Positions 37,531 to 50,105 of a stretch of 64,000 nucleotides of DNA are shown piece by piece. Below the pieces are notes generated by a model, which was not told the DNA's origin, did not search any database, and saw only the letters and a program-made list of their open reading frames with translations. Source of the stretch: Mobula hypostoma (taxonomy: Eukaryota); assembly GCF_963921235.1 (NCBI RefSeq), contig NC_086097.1, forward strand, positions 72,046,001-72,110,000, in the 5' to 3' direction. Positions within the stretch are counted from its first letter, which is position 1, and each line of letters begins with the position of its first letter. The translations under genes and the position numbers were made by a program.

Positions 37531-39464
37531 GCATTGCCATCTCAGTGAGTGCATTTTGCAAATGCAAAAGGAAAAGATCACAGGGTAAAGGCCTGGAAGC
37601 AATGTTGTTAAATCATGTGTTGAAACGGTTCCTCAAAATACTCCTCCTGTGAAAGCAGAATATCAAAATGGTTCAATATTGGATGAGTTGCAAGACACCA
37701 CATTCATGTAAATAAGGCCTTGAAAGAAAATGTTCCAATTTCACAGATGTTTTCCCTCAGTGGCACTGTGACCCAATTTAACCAGCACAAAATAAAGTTA
37801 TGAGCAGCAAGGAAGATCTGTTCTAAAGCTGTAAGCCAGTTGTGCAGTGGCAGAGAATGATCTCTGGATTAGCGCTGGTTTGGAGTTAACTTACGGAGAA
37901 GGAACTGAAAGAGATAAAATTGGAGAGCAGAAATAGGAATAGTCAAGGCAACATTCTCATCAGTCTGTTCTGCACCCTCTCCAACTTGACAAATATCAAT
38001 AGAAAAGTAAATTGGAATTCCAACCAATATTACAAAGGGCTGAGCTGATAAAACAAGGAAGAAAAACAGCCATCTCTTCCTCAAGAATGGATATGCAAAC
38101 AGAGGACTGCTGGAATCAAGAAAACATGTATTTTTGGGATGTTAATTTAGTGGCTCAAACATTTTCACAGAGAAAGTACATCAGCAACTTTCTCATGGAT
38201 TGGCTGTCTTTGATCTCTGTAAGAGATAAGCAGCTGCTGATGTACTTTATCTCCTGGAATGAGCACTGAGTTTAGCAGCAAAATACACACACACACGGGA
38301 AGTGAGAGGCTGGAGGGATGGACTTGCCAAATGGCACCTTGGCTTCACAGCAGCCATTAATCTTAACTAAAAGGTTAGCGCAGACATGTGGTTTACATAT
38401 CTTGTTTTTTTTTACTTCATGTTTTAATTAAGTTTTCATAGCTCAAGTGTTCAAGGTAAATTGATCTTTAATTTTTTTTCTTGAATAATTTTTCAATGTT
38501 TTCATTTTTCAGAGATGTGTAAAAGTAGTTCTTTGCAGTAGGGAGCTGGTACAATGTACAATGCCACAAGGAGGCACAGGCTGAAGCTGAGTTACCACTT
38601 GCAGACGACAGGCCTTGAGCTCAATTGGTCTTTTAAAGGCATAAAATGTAAGTGCGCAGAGCAAAGCACACAGGGATTGATTGAGTCCAGAGGATTGGAT
38701 TGTGCACAACACAAAGGCTTGATATTTGAAATAATTGGTGAGGATTAAAATGGTTTTGCCATTTACTTTGTTTACAATCTTTCATAAAATTTTAGAGTAC
38801 TTCTCAGTATAGATATTTGGTTATCTCTCAATCAGTTTGAATTCAGCAGCCTCTCTGGAATCTGGGAGCAACAAGCAATGCAAGGGGTTAGGAGCTGAAG
38901 AGCAAGGACTCTATCAGAGGCCCCTCGAGATGACAGCATTTCAGCATGGGCCGAAAATATGGTCAGCGTGGGGAAGGATGTTTGTTTTTGTGGGTGAGGG
39001 TTGGGATGGATAATGAAAGAGACATGAAACCTCAGAGCATGGGAGGCTTAGGCAATGCATGAAAGTAGAAGAAGGTGTGCCAGAGACTGACACCATGTTC
39101 TTGCAGAAGGGAGCTGGATTGACATTGGATTTGTTACTAGGGCTGAGAGTGAAGCATCAGACCAGCATATCAATCTTATGGGGAAGGTGACTGGAACATG
39201 TATGTGATTGTGGAGTTGGGACAGGAGTTGGTTGGTACTTGGTTATTGTGGGGGAGGGGAGAACGAAGGCTGTCAGATGTTCTTGGAAGGAAAAGGCCAT
39301 GAATAACGTGCATGATGTGCATGATGTTGATTAGTACAGTTAGCATCAGAATGGTGGCTGGGCATAGGAGGCAAATGGAAATGATGTCACAAGAGATTCT
39401 GCAGATGCTGCAAATTATGAGCCGCAAGTGGAGGAACTTGGGAAGTCAGGCAGCATCTGTGAAT

Positions 39465-41520
39465 GGAAATCAAAGTACATGTGTATCACCGTATACAATT
39501 CTGAGATTCACTTTCTTGCGGGCATACTTAGTAAATCCAGTAGAAACAATGAAAGACTGCACCCAATAGGACTGACAACCAACCAATGTGCAAAAGACAA
39601 CAAACCGTGCAAGTACAAAAAAAAAAGCAATAAATATTGAGAATATGAAATGAAGAGTCCTTGAAAGTGGGTCCATAGTTTGTGGGAACAGTTCAGTGAT
39701 GGGGCGAGTGAAGTTGAGGGAAGTTATCTCCTCTAGTTCAGGACCCTAATGGTTGAGGTGTAATAGCTGTTCCTAATGGTGTGAGTCCTGAGGTGCCTGT
39801 ACCTTCTTCTTGTTGGCAGCAGCGAGAAGAAAACATTGCCTGACTGTTGGAGATGCCTGCTGTTTTCCTGCGAAAATGCTTAGTGTAAATGTGGGGAAGG
39901 CTTTACACTTGATGGACTGGGCCATATCCATTACTTTTTGGAGAATTTTCTGTTCAAGAGCATTGGTGTTTCCAAACCAGACTGTGATACAACCAGCCAG
40001 TAAACTCTCCACCACACATCTATAGAGGTTGGTCAAAGTTTTAGATGTCATACCAAATCTTTGCAAGCTTCTAAAGAAGTTCAGGAATGACTGTACTTTC
40101 TTTATAATGGCACTAGATAGGTACTCTGAAATGATAACACCAAATAATTTAAAATTGCTAACCCTCTCCACCTCTGATAACCTGACGAGCACTGGCTCAT
40201 GGACCCCCAGTTTCATTGTCCTGAGGTCAAAAATCATCTCCTTGATTTTGCTGCCTTTGAGTGAGAGGTGGTTGTTATGGCACCACTCATCCAGATTTTG
40301 ATTTTCCCTCCTGTATCCTAATTCCTCACCACCACCAGATTCAGTCTGTGACAGTGGTGTTGTCGGCAAACTTAAATATAACATTGGAGCTGTGCTTAGC
40401 CATACAGACATAAATGTATAACTATAAAGTGAGTAGAACAGAGGGCTAAGCACACTACCTTTTAGTGTACCTGTGCTATTGGTGATTGCAGAGGAGCTGT
40501 TGTTGTCTATCTAAACTGACATAGGTGTGCCTGTGAGGAAATTGAGGATCCAATTGCACAAGGAGATATTGAGGCTTACTGATTAGTTTTGAGGGGGTGA
40601 TAGTATTGAATGCCAAGCTGTAGTCGATAAAGAGTATTCTGATGTATGCACCTTTGCATAGGGACTTAGGAGTCCTCATGCAAGACTCCCAGAAGGTTAA
40701 TTTACAAGTTGAGTCTGTGGTAAAGGCGGCAAATGCAATGTTGCATTTATTTCAAGGGGAATAGAATATAAAAGCAAGGGGATAATGCTTAGCCTTTATA
40801 AGACACTACTCAAGCCACACTTGAAGTATTGTCAACAAATTTTGGCCCCATATCTCAGAAAGGATGTATTGTCATTGGAGGGAGTCCAGAGGAGATTCAG
40901 GAAAATAACTCTGGAAATGAAAGGGTTAACATATGAGGAGTGTTTGGCAGATTTGGGTCTGTACTCACTGGAATTTAGAAGAATCTGAGGGGATCTCATT
41001 GAAACCTACCAAATGTTGAAAGGACTAGACAAGGCAGATGTGGAGAGGATGTTTCCTGTGTGGGGGTATCCACAACTGGAGGGCACAGCCTCAGGACTCA
41101 GAATGCCATCTGAGCTGGATGTTTTCTGTGGGTTCAGCCTCATGACAGATGCTCTCATGTTGGCCTCAAAGACTGAAATCACAGGGTCAACAGGGGCTGT
41201 GGGAGTTTGTGAAGGTTCCTGAATGTTTTGACAGTCAAAGTGAACATAGAAGGAATTGAGCCCATCTAGGACTGAAGCCTTGTTGTCACCTTATGTCACT
41301 TGGTTTCACTTTATAAGAGGTAATATTATTCAAGCCCTGCCACAGCTGTTGAGTATCCTTCAATGATTTAAATTTGGTCCAGAATTTCTACTTCACACGT
41401 GAGATGGCTTTCCGAAGATCATACCTGGACCTCTTGTATCTTACTTGGTCACCAGACCTGAAAGCCACTGATCTGGCCCACAGAAGATTGCACCTCTCAT
41501 CATTCATCCAGGACTTCTGA
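39465..41520 (-). mobile_element. Rex1/Babar-like LINE (RT), interrupted by CR1
   Basis: IRILFIDYSLAFNTI (40476-40679) and YRCVVESLLAGCITVWFG (39773-40453). The upstream part resumes at about 41100-41520. Confidence 0.82.
40660..41100 (+). mobile_element. CR1-type LINE fragment
   Basis: LYKTLLKPHLKYCQQILAP and LGLYSLEFRR motifs. Confidence 0.85.
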
Positions 41521-41945
41521 CTTCTGGAATTGTCCAACTTCCGGTAATTCCCTCCCCCTCCCTTCCCCTATCCCTATGTCACTCTGTCCCCTCCCCCAGC
41601 TGCCTATCACCTCCCTCATGGTTCCGCCTCCTTCTACTACCCATTGTGTTTTCCCCTATTCTTTCTTCACCTTTCCTGCCTATCACCTCCCTGCTTCCCC
41701 TCCCCCACCCCTTTATCTTTCCCCTTACTGGTTTTTCACCTGGAACCTACCAGCCTTCTCCTTCCCTCCCTCCCCCCACCTTCTTTATAGGGCCTCTGCC
41801 CTTCCATCTACAGTCCTGATGAAGGGTTCTGGCCCGAAACGTCGACCGATCTTTTCCACGGATGCTGCCCAACCTGCTGAGTTCCTCCAGTGTGTTGTGA
41901 GTGTTGCTTTGACCCCAGCATCTGCAGATTATTTTGTGTTTGGGA
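41521..41945 (+). mobile_element. Penelope-like element 3' end / pseudo-LTR
   Basis: TCCAACTTCCGGTAA (ORF end, as at 50540), pyrimidine-rich tract, HHR motif and CCAGCATCTGCAGA terminus. Confidence 0.85.
41811..41848 (+). ncRNA. Minimal type I hammerhead ribozyme motif
   Basis: CAGTC-CTGATGA-AGGGTTCTGGCCC-GAAA-CGTC-GACCG: intact core boxes, GGG/CCC stem II, GUC cleavage triplet and stem I with 4 of 5 pairs. Confidence 0.75.
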
Positions 41946-42203
41946 AATAAACAGTTGACTTCATTTTCCACAGAATTATTGTCAGGACTGGAAAGGAAGG
42001 TGAACAAGAATAACAGTAAGAAGTGGGAGGAGTACAAGCTAGCAGGTGATAAGTGAGAACAGATGAGGGGATTGGTGGGTGTGTGGAGGAGAGTAAATGA
42101 TGTGAAAAGCTTGAAAGTAATAGGTGAATGAAGTTAAGAGCTAGAGAAGAAAGAATCTAATAGGAAAGGCTAGTGGAATAAAAGGAAGGAGGTGGGATAT
42201 CAG

Positions 42204-45200
42204 TGCTAACATTCAAACAACAAAGACTAGATTGTCTTTTGTTTTAACAACTTTAATTTCTCTGTTAATGCTTAATACACTAGGCTGCCATTTTTTCCCA
42301 CAATTCCCCCGACCATCCTTGTGCCATGCCCATAACAGGAAATGTCAAGATCCCAATTCAATGCTTTCATAGCCCAAAGGAAGAGAACTCAATAATCTTC
42401 CATCCTTTTTATGCAAATTTTAAAAAGAATGCATGTCCATTGGTTCAGATGTATTACTTTTAATTTATTGTTAGGCCTAATAAATTTCTTAAGATACCCT
42501 ATACCCTCACTTAGTGCCTTCACAGTACTAAAAAAATTATATATGCAGTAACTTAAATGTCCTTTAGGATATGAGAATTAATTTCATCACTTGAATGTCC
42601 TTTAGGATATGGGGATTAATTCTAACCCTTGATGTTGATACAGTTCTTAAGGTACCGAATGCCTTCAGCAGCATAGGAGCTGATGCGTCCTTCTTTGTGA
42701 GACAGCCAGCTAGTTTCTCCTTTGTAGTTGACCATGGCACATGATGAATTTTCTGTGCTTGGGCAAGTTTCTTGATGCTGTTTATCTCTGGATGAAGCCT
42801 CTTGTCTGTGACTGACTTGGAGAATTTGATGCTATCAACCAGAGAGAAGTTGTCTGTGACACAAGTTATTTGTAGACTGCTCTTCTCAGGGTCACAAACT
42901 CAGAATTGAGTGTGGCCAGATAAAGAGCATTGTCAACACCTTCAGACATTGCCAGCATTTCTCCTGCCAGTGTACTATGTACAACTCCTTGGTTTCTTTT
43001 TGATTGCCAATAGCGAGGTGAAATCTTCCGTCTTCTCCCATCAGTACAATAAAATGCCCCCCCCTTGAGTACCCCTATCAGGGAGATTTCCAAGAAAGGC
43101 ATCACTGAAGACAACGAGCCTTAGTGAGTATCTTTTCCAAGCTGTTGAAACTTCCAGACTACTTCTTCAGATTGAATTCTTCACACTATCTTGTTTGCCT
43201 CATGTAAAGTTTGTACTTGTACTGTGGTGTTTTTTGTGCTGGATGCCAAGTTGCAGTCTTCAAACATAATGTCAGATGTGCTCTGTCTTTCCACCCATAG
43301 AATCTGACCCATCTTTCACCTAAGCTGCTCAGCTTCAGCTTCAATCCTGCTGTACGGCACATGAGGATTCCAAGTGTATTGTCTGGAGATTCCTGAAGTA
43401 GCTTTCCTGGTGCAGTTGTACTGTTCCATCAACAGCAAGGATATCCGTTGCTACAGAGCAGAATCTGTTGTGTTCCTCACATCCAACCTGAAAGTCTGAC
43501 TTACTGAGGGATGACTGATATGGCAAAGTTTTGTGAGTGAGTCTCCCCATATGAAGGCATCTACATGACAGGCAGGTATTCCACTCACATGGTATCCTGA
43601 ATCTTACCAGTAAAACACAGCGGGATCCACTTGTGACATCTTTCCACCTGCTTTTAACATTATTTCCTTGACTTTTTTTATACAAGTAGTGTGATGCATC
43701 TGCTAGACCACACTTATACCTTTTGTGTTTCCACAGTGTTCCCTCACTTCTGGCTTCAGGCAGGGGTTTAATGTAAATGTCATGTGAAAGCTCCATTCCC
43801 TGTAAGAATGCAGATTTTATGTCCATGGAATGAGGTGGCAAATGCTTTTGACATATCACTGAGAGAATTAGTCAGAAAGACTCTGATGCACATGTTGGTG
43901 AGTCTTTTTTGAGTTCTTTTATGTTCAGTTCCTCAAAACCTCTAGCCACCAGGTGTGCTTTTGGTATAATTCCTGTCCGGGTTTCTTTTAGGGTGCAAGC
44001 CCATTTTGTAGACATTGTCTTTTGGCCAATGTCTCTGACTTCCTCAAACACTCCATTATTTCTTCAACTACTGATTTCGTATTGTTTTGCAGATTCAAAT
44101 GACAGCTCTTTAGTTACTAGGACATCTTCATCTTGACATTTCTCAGATGGCCCCGCCTGATTGAAAGCTGGTTCCGTATGAAGTCTGTCTGCATGTGACA
44201 TGTCAACTGACCCTGCAGTGCCGGTGACTGTGACTGGTTCTAGGTAATTCAAGTCGTACCAACTTTTGTTTCTCCCAGTGGCTTTGCCTGCTCATCCTAA
44301 GACTTCAGTATGAGATACAAGACTTTGTATGAGAAACCAATGTCTTGGTCTACAAATCTCAGAATTTGTCGTGTTTTAAGACTCAAACTTACAAGTTGTC
44401 TTTGCACCTGTGATGATTTCTGTTCAGGGAAGTCTGTTGAATACCCCACTGCACTCTCCTCAGCACCATCAGTGCCGCTATTGAGCAACTCTGTTGGGTC
44501 CTCGGCTGTACTCTCCACGGCACTGTCTGTGCTATGTGACACTGTATCAGGTAAGTGCTTTTCATTTTTTTTATATCAGTCTCCATGGCATTCTGATCTT
44601 TGAAGTGCCCTCAGTGCTCTTCAAATTCTCTCTGAGCAGTCTGGTTCAGTAATCCCTCCTTGATGTATGCAATCTAAAATATGTTTCCCAATTCATTCAC
44701 TCCTTGGAGAGCCCTCTCAAGAAGGTGGCCAGTCAACTAGTACAGAGGAATGGATGAAGCTTTTTACTATCTCTGAGGTGTTATTTGTGTTCACAATGCT
44801 AGCAGCATTAAAACATGTGAATTCATCAATGATGTGATGGTACCACACTCCTTGCTCAAGTTCATGTAGGTCTACGACTTCTATTTCATTGTATTCAGAT
44901 GCCAGCAGATGACCGAACCACAGGCTTGAGTTCAGACTTTCCAAAATGTTGGTACATCTCACAGATATCTACTATCTGCTTCAGAATGGATAAGCAGTCT
45001 GCATCTTTGTTTCCTGGACTGCTGAGCAGTTTCTGAAGTCTATCAGTTGAGGCTTGTGAAGCTTGAGCAACGCGTTACGTTCTTCATCCAGGGTCATGTT
45101 CACTATGACAGTTAATACTTCATTCTCACATTGATTCTCAGTAACGCCTTTATCTAGAATGCTCACACAGTAATGCCCAGAGCTGAAGAGCTCAAGAGAC

Positions 45201-47065
45201 TCTGGCTGTTGAAAAATCGTTGCTTTTGATAGGGAAGTTTCACTCTAGACTAATGGAATATTTACTGATATCACTTCTGTTTCGATGTAACGTTCGGTCT
45301 GCCCTACTTTTGTGGGAATTTTCACTCTTTTTTGGAGAATGGATAATCTTTCCATCTCCAAATTTGAATGCTTTGTAACTGGGTGTATCTGTGTTCACCA
45401 GTTTCTGCACTTCATTCTGGCTTATTTCACTTACATAGCTTTCAAGCCATTTTTCTCCACACACTGCGTGTGTACAGACTGTATCAATAACAGCATATCC
45501 TAGAGATTCTATCATCAAAATACCTGCATCAGATATCTCTGCACTACTGTGATTCCTTTGCAAACAATGTTATATGCTACTCTTCTACATCTTCAGATTT
45601 GTTATTTTGTTTTGTTAGCTTAACTTGTTTGGTTCTATGCAGACCGTTTTTTGCCTAAGTGGTAAGTACTTTGACAAACAGCACATTTCGACCTGCCGTA
45701 CTTGTTTAGTAAATTTGTGCCAGGTAATGGTGCCCTCATCTGGGACCTACAGTTGCTACTCTCTTGTTTCTGCTCAGTGAAGTATGCCATTTCCAAACTC
45801 AAACTAATTCCGACTGTTGTCTTGGAGGTCTTTCTAGGACTGCTAGAAAATGAGGCTGTGGAAATAATAATGAGGGACAAGGAGATGGCAGATGAACTAA
45901 CTGAATATGTTGCAACAGTCTTCACTGTGAAAGACACTAACAGTGTGCCAGATGTTGAAGGGTGTTAGGGAACAGAAGTGAGTGCAGTTACTATTACAAT
46001 GGAGACGGTGATCAAAAAGCTGAAAGACCTGAAGGTATATAAGTCACCTAGACCAAATGAATTACATCCTAGGGTTCTGAAAGAGGTAGCAGTAGAAATT
46101 GTGGAGACATTAGTAATGAACTTTCAAAAATCACTGGACTCTGGCATGGTTCTGGAGGACTGGAAAAATGCAAATATCACTGTCTGCAGAGAAAGGAGAG
46201 AGGCAACAGAAAGGAAATTATAGACCAGTTAGCCTGGCCTCAATGGTTGGGAAGATGTTAGAGTCAATGTTTAAGGATGAGGTTATGGAGTACTTGGTGA
46301 CACAGGACAAGATAGGACAAAGTCAGCATGGTTTCCTTAAGGAAAAATCTTGCCTGACAAAGCTGTTGGAATACTTTGAAGAGATTACAAGTAGGATGAA
46401 TAAAGGGGATATAGAGGGTGTTAAACATTTAGATTTTCGGAAGGCCTTTGACATGGTGCCATGCATGAGATTGCTTACCAAGTTAAGAGCCCATGGTATA
46501 ACAGGAAAGTTACTAGCATGGCTAGAGCATTGGTTGATTGGTAGGAGGCAGTGAGTGGGAATAAAAGGATCCTCTTCTGGTTGACTACCAGTCACTGGTA
46601 GTGTCCAACAGAGGTTGGTATTGGGACCACTTCTTTTCATGCTGTATATCAATGATTTGGAGCAGACTCCATAGACCATAAGGAATTCTATTCCTATGTC
46701 TTAAGGTCTTCAAGTCTTTCCTCTCACTCTTCATGAAAGCCCCTGTACAACTGAAAGGGCCTTCTTCTTCTTGAGCTTCATAACATGAATCCATATTCCA
46801 ATTCCATTTTTCCAGCTTTCATATGGCTTGCTCTCGTCGAATGCTGGTGGGATCCTATAATTGGAAACAATCCTTTGCTATCAATGTTAATGTTCAAACA
46901 ATAAAGACGAGAACAGCTTTACTTTCCCCATTCACGTTTAGTACACTAAGCTGCCATTTCCTTACCCCCAATTCCCCCCCAACACCCTTGTGCAGTTACC
47001 AATAACAGGGAAAAGTGAGCATTCCAACTCAATGCTTAAATAGCCCAAATGAACAGAACTCAACA
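42204..47065 (-). mobile_element. Ty1/copia LTR retrotransposon (probably GalEa clade), full span, degenerate
   Basis: LTRs at 46885-47065 (5') and 42204-42394 (3'). TSD ATCAG/ACCAG. PBS TGATAGCAAAGGATTGTTTC (~tRNA-iMet) and PPT AAAAAGGATGGAAGAT. Domain order gag (CAVCQSTYH), PR (VIDTVC), INT (IIDEFT), RT (KAHLVARGFEE, DIKSAFLQG), RH (WQSKR, STLAGEMLA). Confidence 0.92.
45836..46665 (+). mobile_element. CR1-type LINE fragment inserted in the copia gag region
   Basis: GNYRPVSL, SQHGFLK and LDFRKAFD motifs (45978-46554). Confidence 0.9.
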
Positions 47066-48631
47066 ACCAGATGGAGGTGATGGGCAGATCATAAGGGTGA
47101 AGAAAGAGAAGAAAAAGAATGAGAAGGCCACCAGAATGGGGGAAACAAAAAAAGGGGGAGGAGAAACCGAGAGAAGTAAAATTGTAGTCAGGATGTTATA
47201 GTTCAGGGCCAAGGGCATGAGTGATCATAGAGTCAGGATTGTCCTCTCAATTGAGGAGAGACAGATAGGAATTCAGTACAGAACTGGATACTGAATTGCT
47301 TCAAGACATATCTTCATGGCAAGTCCCCCTGTATAGTACAGAGATGCTTAGATGGTTGTGTGCAAGGTATAACTGATAACAATAACTCTGGAGAAATGAA
47401 GTCTAAGTCATTTACAATGCTCCAAAATCAAGGCTACACAAAATGCATTATTGCAAGTGGTTCCAGCATGGACTTCTCATCAGTGGCATAAAGGATGACT
47501 TGGGCTTGAAAATCTCCACTTTGTATTAGAGAGTGAAATAGCCCCAAAGTGGTCATTGCTATGTTTTACTTCAGGAAAATATATTTTAATTATATTAGGC
47601 TTTAAAAATATGCAGTTCTATTTTAAGGCAGGTAGCTACCCAATTCATAGATTACCTACTTCATTCTTCACCATTTTTCCACAATTTAGATGATTAGTAA
47701 ATTACTTCTCTTAGACTGATTGCTCTCTGCTTATCTTTTATCACAATCCATGTGTATTCTATTCATTCATCTACTGTATGTTTCTAAAAGTGTAAGTGGG
47801 TTCATATGCCATTAATATGTCAAATATTTGCAGGAAACCCTAAGCCTTTATATTTCACTATGAATATTTTTATACAATTACCTTTCCTAGATGATTTCAG
47901 AATGATCCTTTTGGTAAAATATGGCTGTGGAAATATTTTGTAGAATGCATAAGCAGAAAAGGTTCACAATGAAAAATCACAATGCTGGTCAATACTACAA
48001 CATGCTGTTGCTTGTAATGATTTTGAGCAGATAGCTTCCTACTCCCACCCCTTCCCTGAAACCAACATTCTCACATCATAAACCCTTCAAAGTGTGATCT
48101 AGGATTCACTTACGTGTCTAATGAAATTCGCTGTTTCATTTCATTCATTTTGTAATGCCATTTCATCTCCAGAAAATAACAAACCAAAACATGAAACAAG
48201 TGGAGAATCTGAATATGATGTACTGAATAATTATGCAGAATCATTTTTGTTCCTTTAAACGATCACACTCTGTTAGGATGCTATTTCAATCTATTTTAAT
48301 TTTATTTGTTTCTTTTAGCTCTTTGTGAAATCTCTTTCTAAAGTCCTGCCTTTCTCACCATTCTCGCTGAACAACAGTAAGGAGACAAAGGCTTATTCAG
48401 TGTATTATTTAATAAATCAGAATGTAACTTGCAAAATTGATGTAAAATAATCTAATAACATCTTGAACGTGACTTTCTGCAGTATTTCATCCATATAACC
48501 TGCTTCCATGACCAGGCCAGAGTTGACTGGCACTGTGCCCTATGGTGGCATAGACAGCAAACCGGATAGTGAAGTAGGGAAGCTATCACTCTTAACTGCC
48601 TTACTTTTTCTTGTTGCTCCAGATGAGCATT

Positions 48632-49490
48632 GCAGAATCAGTTTTGTTATCACTAGCATTTGCTGTGAAATCTATTGTTTTGCTGCAGCAGTACTCTGCA
48701 ATATGTGGATAATAATAAAAACAGTAATTGCAATAAGTATATATAAAGAAGAAAATTAAATTAAATAAGTCGTGCAGAAAGAGAAGGAAAACAGATGCTG
48801 AGGTAGCGTTCATTGATTGATTGTCCATTGCAAAATGCAGTGGCAGAGGAGAAGAAGCTGTTTCTGAAATGATACGTGTGTGTCTTCAGACACCTGTACC
48901 ACCTCCTTGATCTTAGCAATGAGCAAAAAGCACGTCCTGGGTGATGGGGGTCATTAATGATGAATGTGGCTTTTTTGAGGCATTGCCTTTGGAATATATT
49001 TTGGATGTTAGGGAGGCTAATGTCCATGTTGGATCTGACAGAGTTTACAAATTTCTGCAGCTTTTTTCCGATCCTGTGCGGTGGTCCCTCTGTACCAGAG
49101 AGTGATGCAACCAGTAGTAATGTTTTCCATAGTACACATGTAGAAACTTGTGAGTGTCTTTGGTGACATACCGATTCTCCCCAAACTCCCAATGAAATAT
49201 AGTCACTGTCATGCCTTCTTTGTAATTCAATCAATATATTGGGCCAAAGATAGATCCTGAGAGAAGCTGACACACAGTAGCCTGACACTACTTGTCTTTT
49301 TCACTGCTGATTCCTTGGTGAGGACTGATGTGTGTTCCCTCAACTTCCACTTCCTGAAGTTCACATTCAATTCTTTGGTGTTACTGATGTTGAGTGTAAG
49401 TTTGTTGCTATACCACTCAACCAGCTGATCTGAACTTTTGTATCTCAATCTTATACATCTCCCTACCCCTATCTGAAATTTGCCAGTGTC
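48632..49490 (-). mobile_element. Rex1/Babar-like LINE 3' fragment
   Basis: LNISNTKEL, IINDPHHPG and FRNSFF motifs, with a CAGAATCAG tail. Confidence 0.8.
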
Positions 49491-49669
49491 ATGTGAAGGA
49501 TTGTTTTATTTGCCAGTCTAAAGCCACTTCTGGTGTGTTGATCATTGATTGGCCCAATCAAAGATGCAGTAGCTCTTTCCTATTGATTGCCTTGGCTGCC
49601 GCAGCACAAGTTTCGAGTTCTGATGCCTTAAGGTGTATAAGAATAGCACATGCAAGAGTCTCACTCTCT

Positions 49670-50105
49670 TTCCATAAGATCATAAGATATAGGAGCAGAA
49701 TTAGGCCATTCGTCCCGTCGAGGCTGCTGTGCCATTTCATCATCCTGATCCAATTTTCTTCTCAGTCCCAAACTCCTGCCATTGCTCCATATGCCCTGAC
49801 CAACAAGAATCTACCTACTTCTGCCTTAAATGTAAACAATGACTTGGCCTCCACTGCTGCCTGTGGCAATGGATTCCACAGATTTACCACTCTCTGGAGA
49901 AAGAAATTCCTCCTCATTTTCATTCTAAAAGGACACCCCTCTGTTTTGAAATTGTGAGGAAAGATCTTCTCCACATCCACTCTATCAAGGCCTTTCCCCA
50001 TTAGATAGGTTTCAATTAGGTCACCCATCATTCTTCTGCCTTCCAGTGAATACAGGTCCAGAGCCATCAAACACTCTTCAAAAGACAAGCCATTTAATCC
50101 TGGAA
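49670..50105 (-). mobile_element. CR1-type LINE 3' end (continues at 53534-53780)
   Basis: LYSLEGRRM and RNFFLQRVVNLWN motifs. The sequence is broken at CCTGGAA^TCA by the Penelope insertion. Confidence 0.88.

Noticed and set aside
38850..39385. Possible decayed Harbinger transposase on the minus strand
   Set aside because: Only a faint IMHV-like resemblance, with no catalytic motifs or termini that I can support.
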